The notes below the pieces were generated by a model that was given only the letters and a program-made list of their open reading frames with translations, had not been told where the DNA came from and did no database searches. From an uncultured virus (IMG/VR IMGVR_UViG_3300027747_004168) (Duplodnaviria; Heunggongvirae; Uroviricota; Caudoviricetes), in the IMG/VR virus record IMGVR_UViG_3300027747_004168: a stretch of 22,977 nt of DNA. One strand, written 5' to 3'. Both the position numbers and the translations under genes were made by a program. Shown one piece after another: positions 16,362 to 22,977 of the stretch. Position 1 is the first letter of the stretch. Each line of letters opens with the position of its first letter.

Positions 16362-16786
16362 TTGTTCCTCTCCAGCCACGCGTCGTAGTCCGATTCGGAG
16401 AAGCCCACCCTTCTGGCCGTTTCTTTGCCGTTCTCGAGAATCACGGAGGTGGGCAGGGAACGCACCTGGTGTTTCTTCTTTAGTTCCGGTTGGGCTTCGA
16501 CATCGACCACGCATACGAGGCGTCCTTTGAGGTCGGACTCCTTGAGGTGCTCTTTGAGGAGGGTGCAGTAATGGCACCAATCGGCACCGAAGATTACGAG
16601 GACTTTCGCGTCCTTGATCGCTGATGCCTCCTCGTAGGTGTCTATGAAGGTCGGGCCGGCGATCGGAGCCTCCTGGACCTGCGGCGGGGGCGTCGGGTCG
16701 GGCTCTGGAGCCTCCCTCTGTTCCATCTTCAGGAACAAGGCCAAGAAGAGTAGCGATGTGGTGACCACGAGTGCCGCCTTTTTCAT
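16358..16786 (-). CDS. Exported thioredoxin-fold protein
   Basis: N-terminal hydrophobic segment; FGADWCHYC and SLPT cis-Pro motifs; AAGGAGG SD; TAAATA at 16833-16828. Confidence 0.9.
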   Translation of the reverse strand: MKKAALVVTTSLLFLALFLKMEQREAPEPDPTPPPQVQEAPIAGPTFIDTYEEASAIKDAKVLVIFGADWCHYCTLLKEHLKESDLKGRLVCVVDVEAQPELKKKHQVRSLPTSVILENGKETARRVGFSESDYDAWLERNK

Positions 16787-16855
16787 TTTGCCTCCTTGCA
16801 GTGCTTCTGGGCCTTCTTGCCCGAAGTTATTTACCTTGCGAGGAGGCGGTTATTT

Positions 16856-17434
16856 TCAGCTTTTGCGCCGATCTAGGTTCCGCGGCCGCATCCCGTGGGA
16901 GACCCGTATCTTGTCCAGGGCCGAGTTGAGGACTCGCCACGCCGTCGGGAACGAGGTTCCGATCTCCTCGGCGATCTTCCTCACGGGCTTGCCCTCGGAA
17001 CACAGCGAAATGACCTTTAATTCTTGGTTCGTAAGAATCTTCTCCGCTCTCTTTATCAGGCTGGCGACCGTGCCTCCCGCGCCGACCATCGACTTGACCG
17101 CGCCGACGCAAGAGAGGCTCTTCCTCGCCCCTCTTTTCCTGGAGTTCGTGTGGGCCAGGATTTTTTCCATTCTCTTGCGCATGGCCCTTTTTGCCGAGGT
17201 CTCTGAGGGCGGGGGGTTCTTCTTTACCTCTTCCATCGCCTCGTCGAAGGCCTCCTCGACATCGCAGTACTGTATTTTCGGGAATTTCTTGTAGAGCTTT
17301 TCGATGTAGGACCCCTTGAGCTCCTTCTCTATCTTCCTTACAGCCCTCTTGATTTCGGCTGGAGCCACGGATTCCGATATGGTCTCTGGCTGGCTGGAGA
17401 CCGCTTTCATTATGAGGTATTCGCCGAATGTCAT
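16856..17434 (-). CDS. ECF-sigma-like / sigma region-4 (LuxR-type) HTH protein with N-terminal tag
   Basis: DVEEAFDEAM (region 2-like) and LTNQELKVISLCSEGKPVRKIAEEIGTSFPTAWRVLNSALDKIR (region 4 HTH); TACATA-N5-ATG. Confidence 0.75.
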   Translation of the reverse strand: MTFGEYLIMKAVSSQPETISESVAPAEIKRAVRKIEKELKGSYIEKLYKKFPKIQYCDVEEAFDEAMEEVKKNPPPSETSAKRAMRKRMEKILAHTNSRKRGARKSLSCVGAVKSMVGAGGTVASLIKRAEKILTNQELKVISLCSEGKPVRKIAEEIGTSFPTAWRVLNSALDKIRVSHGMRPRNLDRRKS

Positions 17435-17510
17435 GCCCTTATGTATCCGTCTTTTTGCAAATTGCCAGAGGCGGGCCCTAGATACCGCTGTTCAGAACCA
17501 GGAGGTTTCT

Positions 17511-17606
17511 ATGTGCAAGTGCGAATGCGTCCCGTGCAAGAAGGGAACTTGCGACCAGTGCCAGTGCAAGGACTGCAGGTGCGAGGGATGCACCTGCAAG
17601 AAGTAG
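17511..17606 (+). CDS. Metallothionein-like cysteine-rich peptide (31 aa, 11 Cys)
   Basis: MCKCECVPCKKGTCDQCQCKDCRCEGCTCKK; AGGAGG SD 5 nt upstream; TAGATA at 17479-17484. Confidence 0.8.
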   Translation: MCKCECVPCKKGTCDQCQCKDCRCEGCTCKK

Positions 17607-17607
17607 C

Positions 17608-17808
17608 ATGTTCAAGATGCTCGTCTTCCTGATCGCGGCGCCGCAGGTCGCGATGATGTGCTGGCTCGGGCTGGTGCTTCTTTCCGCGGGGGATTTCGGA
17701 TCGGGCCTCCCGCTCGCGTCGCTCGTCCTGATGAGCCTCAGTTACCTGTGCGAAGGCGGCAGGGAGGTCATCCGTCAGGTGAAGGCCAAGATCAAGCGGT
17801 CGCCCTGA
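17608..17808 (+). CDS. Small two-TM membrane protein
   Basis: 66 aa with two hydrophobic segments and a basic C-terminus; starts 1 nt after the Cys-rich peptide stop. Confidence 0.65.
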   Translation: MFKMLVFLIAAPQVAMMCWLGLVLLSAGDFGSGLPLASLVLMSLSYLCEGGREVIRQVKAKIKRSP

Positions 17809-18532
17809 CCGCGAGGGCGTTGATCCCGTACTTCTCTATGTCGTTTTTCCTGTTCGGCAGGACGACAGACTGGTGGACGAACACCCAGCCCGACCGTATC
17901 TTGTCCAATCCCGACTTTAGGAGCGTCGCGCTGCTGGTGGGCTTCGAGTCGTCTCCCTTCGGTATGCTTCCGATCTTCCAGTCTTCTTGTACGAGGTTGT
18001 TGCAGAAGCAGGCGGACAGTATCTTGGGCATTCCCTTGAAATACCCCCAGCCCACTACGAGCACGGTCGTGGTGAGCCTATGATGGGACGAGGCTTTGAT
18101 GCTCATGAACTTGAAGTCGGACATCTTCGATGCCTTGGCGTCGAAGCCCCCTCCCAGATAGGTCTTTTCGGTGGGCTTCTCTATGTAGCTGGCGGTTCCC
18201 TCGAACAGCGGTATGAAGTCGGGGCTTGCCGACTCGTGGGGGTTCTTGACCAGACTTGTCTTTGAAAGTGCGCAGTAGGCCGCGGCTAGGCATTCCCCGA
18301 ATGCGCCGCTCTTGTTCTTCTCCAGGACCCCGTCCCAGAGCACCACCATTCCCTCGTCTGCCCAAGCTTTGAACCGTTTGATCTGTTTCTCGAAGTCCTT
18401 GTTGGCCTTGGCTGCGGCCACCACCATGAGTCTCGGGTCGATGCGCTGCGGCTTGCCTCCGATGTCGGGGTGGTAGCGCAGGGCGTCGGGTGACAGAGTC
18501 TTGTTTGTTAAGTAGTCTTTTGGCTCGAACAT
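17792..18532 (-). CDS. Putative PD-(D/E)xK restriction-endonuclease-like protein
   Basis: SGAFGE helix, then HESASPDF and GGFDAKAS: the order and spacing of a PD...(D/E)xK active site. Confidence 0.55.
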   Translation of the reverse strand: MFEPKDYLTNKTLSPDALRYHPDIGGKPQRIDPRLMVVAAAKANKDFEKQIKRFKAWADEGMVVLWDGVLEKNKSGAFGECLAAAYCALSKTSLVKNPHESASPDFIPLFEGTASYIEKPTEKTYLGGGFDAKASKMSDFKFMSIKASSHHRLTTTVLVVGWGYFKGMPKILSACFCNNLVQEDWKIGSIPKGDDSKPTSSATLLKSGLDKIRSGWVFVHQSVVLPNRKNDIEKYGINALAVRATA

Positions 18533-18602
18533 CCCTTGTCAGAGCCTCGCCGGAGGGCGCCACGAGCGGCACCGGCGGGCCTTTCGTTTTGGAACTTGCA
18601 GC

Positions 18603-18660
18603 ATGATACTAGACTTTTATTGAGAAGTCAATTGACGTGATCGGCACATTCCTATATGAT
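18603..18660. promoter_or_regulatory. Back-to-back divergent sigma70 promoters
   Basis: Plus strand TTGACG(18632)-N17-TATGAT(18660); minus strand TTGACT(18631)-N17-TATCAT(18603). The -35 boxes abut in the palindrome GTCAATTGAC. Confidence 0.7.
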
Positions 18661-18751
18661 CGACAGGTATAGATTTTTGGACATTAGATTTTTCGTGGTT
18701 TTGGCCGTTGCCGTGCTGGTGTTCGTTGCTTTATTGGAGATGATGGGATGA
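18656..18751 (+). CDS. Possible single-TM micropeptide
   Basis: MIDRYRFLDIRFFVVLAVAVLVFVALLEMMG; its stop overlaps the next ATG (ATGA). The start may instead be TTG 18677, because the ATG lies inside the -10 box. Confidence 0.4.
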   Translation: MIDRYRFLDIRFFVVLAVAVLVFVALLEMMG

Positions 18752-19182
18752 GAGTCATATTCCTTGACGTGGACGGCGTGCTGAACAATTTCGAACTGCT
18801 GAGGCAGAACGGCTTCGACTACATCGACCCCGGAATGGTGGCGCTCGTGGGCCTCATAGTGAAGAAGACCAAGGCGAAGATAGTTCTGAGTTCCTCTTGG
18901 AGACTGGACGCCGCCGACATGCGCCTCGTCGGCATGGCCCTCGGAGAGCAGGGCCTGTTCATATACGACACGACCCCAAAATCCGCGGGGGCAAGATCGC
19001 ACGAGATATCAAGCTGGCTGGAGTCGAACCCCTCGGCTGACGTCTACGCGGTGCTGGACGACGACGAGGACGCAGGGTTCGGCATGTCGGGATCCTTCTT
19101 TCAGACCGACCCCGAAGTCGGCCTGACCGAGGAAATCGCAATGAAGGTTGTCGAACACCTAAACGGAGATCGCAATGGCTAG
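18748..19182 (+). CDS. HAD-superfamily phosphatase (HAD_SAK_2 / RNA-repair-type domain)
   Basis: VIFLDVDGVLN, IVLSSSWR, YAVLDDD motifs. Confidence 0.9.
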   Translation: MRVIFLDVDGVLNNFELLRQNGFDYIDPGMVALVGLIVKKTKAKIVLSSSWRLDAADMRLVGMALGEQGLFIYDTTPKSAGARSHEISSWLESNPSADVYAVLDDDEDAGFGMSGSFFQTDPEVGLTEEIAMKVVEHLNGDRNG

Positions 19183-20134
19183 GCTTCTTTTGATTCTGAC
19201 CGCGCTGTGTTCCGTCGCCTCGGGGCAAGAAAACGCGGGGCTTTCTGTGGACCCAGCGGCTGGCAACGTAGCGGCCCTCTTCACCATGACGGACGAGGGG
19301 GGGAGGCTTCGGAACCTCGACTTGATGGAGAGCGTGTTTCGCGGCGGGGAGCTGGGGTTTTCCGTGGAGAGGCACCACAATGTGTCGTCCTCGTTCATAT
19401 ACTCGCGGCTGGAGGGGCTCGCGGCGTCGATGCGGGATGGTTCCACGCTGCTGGTTTACCTGAACAGCCACGGAGGGGGCAGCGGCAACAGATTCATAAT
19501 GACCGCAAAGGACGGAAACTTCAGGTTCTCCAAAGCCCTGGACTCCATGAGAAAGGCGGGCAGGCCTGTGCGGAGGTTGATTCTACTGGTAGACACCTGC
19601 CACGCGGAGGGAAGCATACAGGACAGCACTGGGGGCGACGGCGAACTGCTGAAGGGCCTCAAGACCGCCACTCCTTCGTCGTTCCTGCCCGAGCTCCCCT
19701 CGTCGTACTCCAAGGACAAGATGCCGTTCATATCTCCCTTCGTGAATATGGTTCCGACGGACCAGAAGCTCAAAGGGAAGACGGTTATGAAGCCGGTCGT
19801 CGACTACGGCGAGGGGTCGGGCGTGTGGGACGAGCTTCTGATCGTAAGTTCCTCGAGCGTCGAGGATCTGTCCGTGCGCGGCGTGTTCGCCGGTCGTCTC
19901 GCCTCGACATTCAATTCCGTCAAGGGAGACCCCTACGTCACCGTCGGGGACTTCCTCAGGAGGTTCGCCGAGAGTCACGGCAAGAGCGGACAGCAACCCC
20001 ACTACAAAGTCCTGCCGAACTCCTCGATGTTCGAAGAGCCGCTCTTCGGGCCATGGTTCGCGCAGACGATTCCGATACGCGATTTCGGAGAAAGGGATCA
20101 TTCTGGGGCTTTCGTACCGGTGCCGAATAGATGA
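19175..20134 (+). CDS. Exported caspase-like (clan CD, C14-like) cysteine protease
   Basis: Signal peptide MARLLLILTALCSVASG; His motif LVYLNSHGG, Cys motif LLVDTCHAEG, C-terminal QQP. Confidence 0.8.
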   Translation: MARLLLILTALCSVASGQENAGLSVDPAAGNVAALFTMTDEGGRLRNLDLMESVFRGGELGFSVERHHNVSSSFIYSRLEGLAASMRDGSTLLVYLNSHGGGSGNRFIMTAKDGNFRFSKALDSMRKAGRPVRRLILLVDTCHAEGSIQDSTGGDGELLKGLKTATPSSFLPELPSSYSKDKMPFISPFVNMVPTDQKLKGKTVMKPVVDYGEGSGVWDELLIVSSSSVEDLSVRGVFAGRLASTFNSVKGDPYVTVGDFLRRFAESHGKSGQQPHYKVLPNSSMFEEPLFGPWFAQTIPIRDFGERDHSGAFVPVPNR

Positions 20135-20763
20135 CTAGGTACAAAGTCAAAGAGGTAAGGCCCAATGTAATAGCCGTGGTCGTCCCCGACGACTACGAGA
20201 GGGCCATGCTGTTCTGGAGGGCGCAGGAGTTCTACGAGAGTCCGTGCAAGCGCTTTAGGGGAGGCACCTTCAGCGTGTGGGATTACGCCAGGTGGTACGC
20301 CAAGAAGTACGGCGGTTGCTTCTCCTACCCCAAGGACTTCGTGGGCTTCAACCTCCCCCTTGTTGTGGCCAAGAAGTGCTACGACATGAACCCCGTCGAG
20401 ACGCCCTACGACGAGGAGATGAAGTCCCTGGTCGACTCTCTTTTCGTGAACGGGGAGAGGAAGTACATGATCGGTGCGGAGTCGCTCAAGGGGTCGACAT
20501 TCGACCACGAGATGGCGCACGCCCTTTACTACACTGACGACTCTTACCGCAACTCCATGGACGAGGTTACGGGTGGGTTGCCGAAGTCCTCCATGTCCGC
20601 TTTCAAGAAGAACCTCGCGAAGATCGGGTACTGCCGCCAGGTGGTCTGGGACGAGATACAGGCCTACATGTCGACAGAGATCAGCCCGAAGCTCTGCAGG
20701 GGCGTGCGCGGAAAGAAGTCCATACACAAGCGGTACAGGGCGGTGTTCAAGGATTACCGCTAG
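20131..20763 (+). CDS. HExxH zinc-metallopeptidase-like protein
   Basis: FDHEMAHAL plus downstream DEIQAY (third ligand); ATGA-coupled. Confidence 0.7.
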   Translation: MTRYKVKEVRPNVIAVVVPDDYERAMLFWRAQEFYESPCKRFRGGTFSVWDYARWYAKKYGGCFSYPKDFVGFNLPLVVAKKCYDMNPVETPYDEEMKSLVDSLFVNGERKYMIGAESLKGSTFDHEMAHALYYTDDSYRNSMDEVTGGLPKSSMSAFKKNLAKIGYCRQVVWDEIQAYMSTEISPKLCRGVRGKKSIHKRYRAVFKDYR

Positions 20764-21403
20764 CCCTGCTGGCCCTCGCCGCCGCGTACCTGTCGTGTAG
20801 GCCTCTCCGCCACTCGTAGGCGTCCTTGGCCATTTCTATGACTTGCTCGTCCGTCATGGACTTTATCCTGGCCGCGATGGGCTGGGACGCGGACAGGTTC
20901 GTGGAGTCCCAGATCGCCCCCCTGAGCATGTTGGCGAGCGCCCTTTCTCTGGTGATCGGCGCATAGGAGTAGAAGTTCTGCACTGGCCTGCCGTCCTTGT
21001 CTCGCCCCTGGTGGACGATCCACCCTTTCTTTCTGGCCTCGGCGGGGTCTACCTCCACGGTCTCGCTGTCGTCCAAGTGCAGTTCTCCGGAGATGTATCT
21101 GGCGTATATCCTGCCCATCTCCTCTTGGACGCTCCAGTCCTTGTCTAGGTCGCTTTCTGGCTCGCCCCTGTCTTCCTCCGCGCTTCCGTCGTCCATGTCG
21201 TCGAGGCTTGAGTCCATCCTGTCCTCTAGTTCCTCGAGTTCGGCGTCGAGCCTCTCCGCCGTCCTGTGGTCGCCCCTTTTGTAGGCGTCGTAGACCATCT
21301 TCTCCAGCCGCTGTCTCCTTGCGAGGTCGGCGGGGTTGAGGAGGGAGGAGTACAGGCCTTTTAGACCTTCCGACGCCTCAAGAAACTGGCGGAATGTCGT
21401 CAT
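20747..21403 (-). CDS. Hypothetical acidic protein with N-terminal tag
   Basis: 218 aa, MTTFRQFLEASE...; GGAGG SD; overlaps the end of the ArdC-like gene. Confidence 0.8.
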   Translation of the reverse strand: MTTFRQFLEASEGLKGLYSSLLNPADLARRQRLEKMVYDAYKRGDHRTAERLDAELEELEDRMDSSLDDMDDGSAEEDRGEPESDLDKDWSVQEEMGRIYARYISGELHLDDSETVEVDPAEARKKGWIVHQGRDKDGRPVQNFYSYAPITRERALANMLRGAIWDSTNLSASQPIAARIKSMTDEQVIEMAKDAYEWRRGLHDRYAAARASRASGNP

Positions 21404-22673
21404 TTTCCTCCGTGTCTGCTTCCGTCGTCTCTGTCTTGCTTTTTATGCCGTTGATGATCTCCATGGCGGCTTTCTGGATGTTTCTTCTTCTGGCCTTGAT
21501 GTCCTCTCCCGTGGCACGCCAGAGAGCAAGGTAGTTGCTTGTGTCCTTGGTCTCGAATCCGAAGTGCTTGAGGACGATGTAGGCTGTAGTCTCCGCGTCG
21601 ATCTCCTTCTGCTGTCTGGAGCTCATCTTCCCCTCCTTGTCCTTCCAGTGGAGGATTTCGTGGGCCACCTCGTGTACGTAGGTGCTGAACATGTTTATGC
21701 CCTTGAAGGTGCTGTTTATGGCGATCTTGCCGCCGGCGGAGTACCCGCCCTTCTCGCTGTCCATCTCCTCTGTGTCCACCTTTATGCCCTGTTCCTTGAC
21801 CCAATCTTCCAAGGCTGAGATGTATCCCTTTATCTCCTCCACCTCTTCGTTGCTGTCCTTGCTCCAGTCTTTCCTGCTGACTGGCTCGAAGCTCTTGGGG
21901 TGTCCCGGGATCGGGGCGGTGGCGGACACGTCGTACACCGACTTGGGGATGAAGTACATCCTCTCCCTGACCTCTTTCTCGCCGGTGCTGGGGTTGTCTA
22001 TCTCCTTCCTGGACTTGGCCGGGGCCAGGATCGATATTCCCGCCTTCCAGTCCCTGACCGTCCTTCCGAACTTCTGCTCCCACTGCTTGGCCCCGGCCAC
22101 GTGCTGCGCCTGCCCGCGGGTCTGGATCCAGATCAGCATCTGGTTGTGAAAGCTGTAGTTGTAGAACTTCGACGAGAAGTCGAGGAAGTTCCTGATGAAG
22201 GCCTGCTTCGCCGCCTCGTCCGTGCCGCTGGCGACCTGATCTATCATCCGCTCTATGCTGTCTATGAGCGTCTGGGCCTTCCTGTCCGTGGTCTTGACCT
22301 TCTCCAGTTCGGCGTGCATCTTCTCGAGCGTCTCGTCGGACTTCGACGGCTGCGCCTGGGGCCGGGGCTCGGGTTCGGCGGTCGCCTGCGGGGGGGCGTC
22401 GTAGCCTCCGAGGTCTACGCCCATGCCCTGCAGCTCCGACCGAACCTCCGGCGTCAGCTTGGCGCTGAACATGCTGTAGGTGCCGTTCCCTCCGAAGTAC
22501 CGGAAGCCCAGCCTCTTGAGTTCCTCCTTTTTGGAGAACATGAGGTCTCGCTCCTCCTTGTCCGTTCCATAGAGAACGAGGAAGGTGTTGTCGGGGTTCT
22601 TGGGGCTGGTCTCCTTGCGGGACCTGATGTACTTCTGGGCGCTTTCCAGGAACAGCCAAAGTGTGAAATTCAT
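21378..22673 (-). CDS. ArdC-like protein: ssDNA-binding ArdC-N domain plus zincin metallopeptidase domain, with N-terminal extension
   Basis: YSFHNQMLIWIQ...VAGAKQWEQKFGRTV...ISILAP...VYDVS (ArdC-N); HEVAHEILH...EIDAETTAYIV...SNYLALW (metallopeptidase); TATATA-N5-ATG. Confidence 0.85.
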   Translation of the reverse strand: MNFTLWLFLESAQKYIRSRKETSPKNPDNTFLVLYGTDKEERDLMFSKKEELKRLGFRYFGGNGTYSMFSAKLTPEVRSELQGMGVDLGGYDAPPQATAEPEPRPQAQPSKSDETLEKMHAELEKVKTTDRKAQTLIDSIERMIDQVASGTDEAAKQAFIRNFLDFSSKFYNYSFHNQMLIWIQTRGQAQHVAGAKQWEQKFGRTVRDWKAGISILAPAKSRKEIDNPSTGEKEVRERMYFIPKSVYDVSATAPIPGHPKSFEPVSRKDWSKDSNEEVEEIKGYISALEDWVKEQGIKVDTEEMDSEKGGYSAGGKIAINSTFKGINMFSTYVHEVAHEILHWKDKEGKMSSRQQKEIDAETTAYIVLKHFGFETKDTSNYLALWRATGEDIKARRRNIQKAAMEIINGIKSKTETTEADTEENDDIPPVS

Positions 22674-22771
22674 GCCTCTATATAGTTTTCGACCAAAATC
22701 ATTATCAAGGCTTATTGGCGGAAAAAATCCATAAGGAAAAAAATCAGACCAATAGATAGGTCGGAACCAAT

Positions 22772-22977
22772 ATGAAGCTGGGAACCCTCTCCATACTGAA
22801 TGACATATTGTTCGCCCTCATAGACAAGGGAGGCGGAGGCGGTAGCGGTACATCTGGAGGCGGTAGCGGTACATCTGAAGGCGGTAGCAGTACATCTGGA
22901 GGCGGTAGCAGTACATCTGGAGGCGGTAGCAGTACATCTGGAGGCGGTAGCAGTACATCTGGAGGCGGTAGCAGTAC
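22772..22977 (+). CDS. 5' part of a protein with a Gly/Ser/Thr linker repeat (truncated by the window end)
   Basis: MKLGTLSILNDILFALIDKGG-(GGGS[G/S]TS)n; open to the end of the window; TAGATA at 22753-22758. Confidence 0.7.
   Translation, partial: MKLGTLSILNDILFALIDKGGGGGSGTSGGGSGTSEGGSSTSGGGSSTSGGGSSTSGGGSSTSGGGSS
22835..22977 (+). repeat. 21-bp coding tandem repeat, at least 6.8 copies
   Basis: Unit GGAGGCGGTAGC(G/A)GTACATCT starting at 22835, 22856, 22877, 22898, 22919, 22940 and 22961 (partial). Confidence 0.97.

Noticed and set aside
17608..17808. Holin call for the two-TM protein
   Set aside because: The topology fits, but no endolysin or spanin is nearby, so the support is insufficient.
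18535..18592. Hammerhead ribozyme in the nuclease leader (CGAAA...CTGA)
   Set aside because: There is no CUGANGA core and no room for stems I and II. It is just a hairpin.
22835..22977. CRISPR array
   Set aside because: Contiguous 21-bp units with no unique spacers; an in-frame coding repeat.
1..22977. Stop-codon reassignment, as seen in some large phages
   Set aside because: Genes are intact and densely packed under the standard code, and TAA, TAG and TGA all end credible genes.

Overview
This window looks like an accessory region of a large, GC-rich bacteriophage, probably T4-like or a jumbo phage. That is an inference from gene organisation, since no capsid, terminase or integrase gene lies in the window. 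It holds about 33 densely packed genes on both strands. These include a sulfotransferase-like / adenylate-forming ligase-like / radical SAM operon, four C5-cytosine DNA methyltransferases in two coupled pairs, a flavodoxin-fold Fe-S flavoprotein, and exported CAP, thioredoxin and caspase-like proteins. There is also an ECF-sigma-like HTH protein, a 31-aa metallothionein-like peptide, a PD-(D/E)xK-like nuclease, a HAD phosphatase and an ArdC-like protein. Three signals stand out. (1) A ~0.9 kb minus-strand transcription unit (~3587 to 2661) has no credible ORF. It has its own promoter, an rrn-like boxB/boxA leader, many GNRA-capped hairpins, long-range pairings and a terminator, so it is a candidate giant structured ncRNA. 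(2) About ten unrelated proteins share an N-terminal M-x(1-3)-F-x-x-[FWY]-hydrophobic-(E) tag resembling the T4 internal-protein capsid targeting sequence. (3) A recurrent TAnATA late-promoter-like motif often lies only 4-5 nt before the ATG, which suggests leaderless mRNAs. All family assignments come from motifs recognised by eye; no searches were run.
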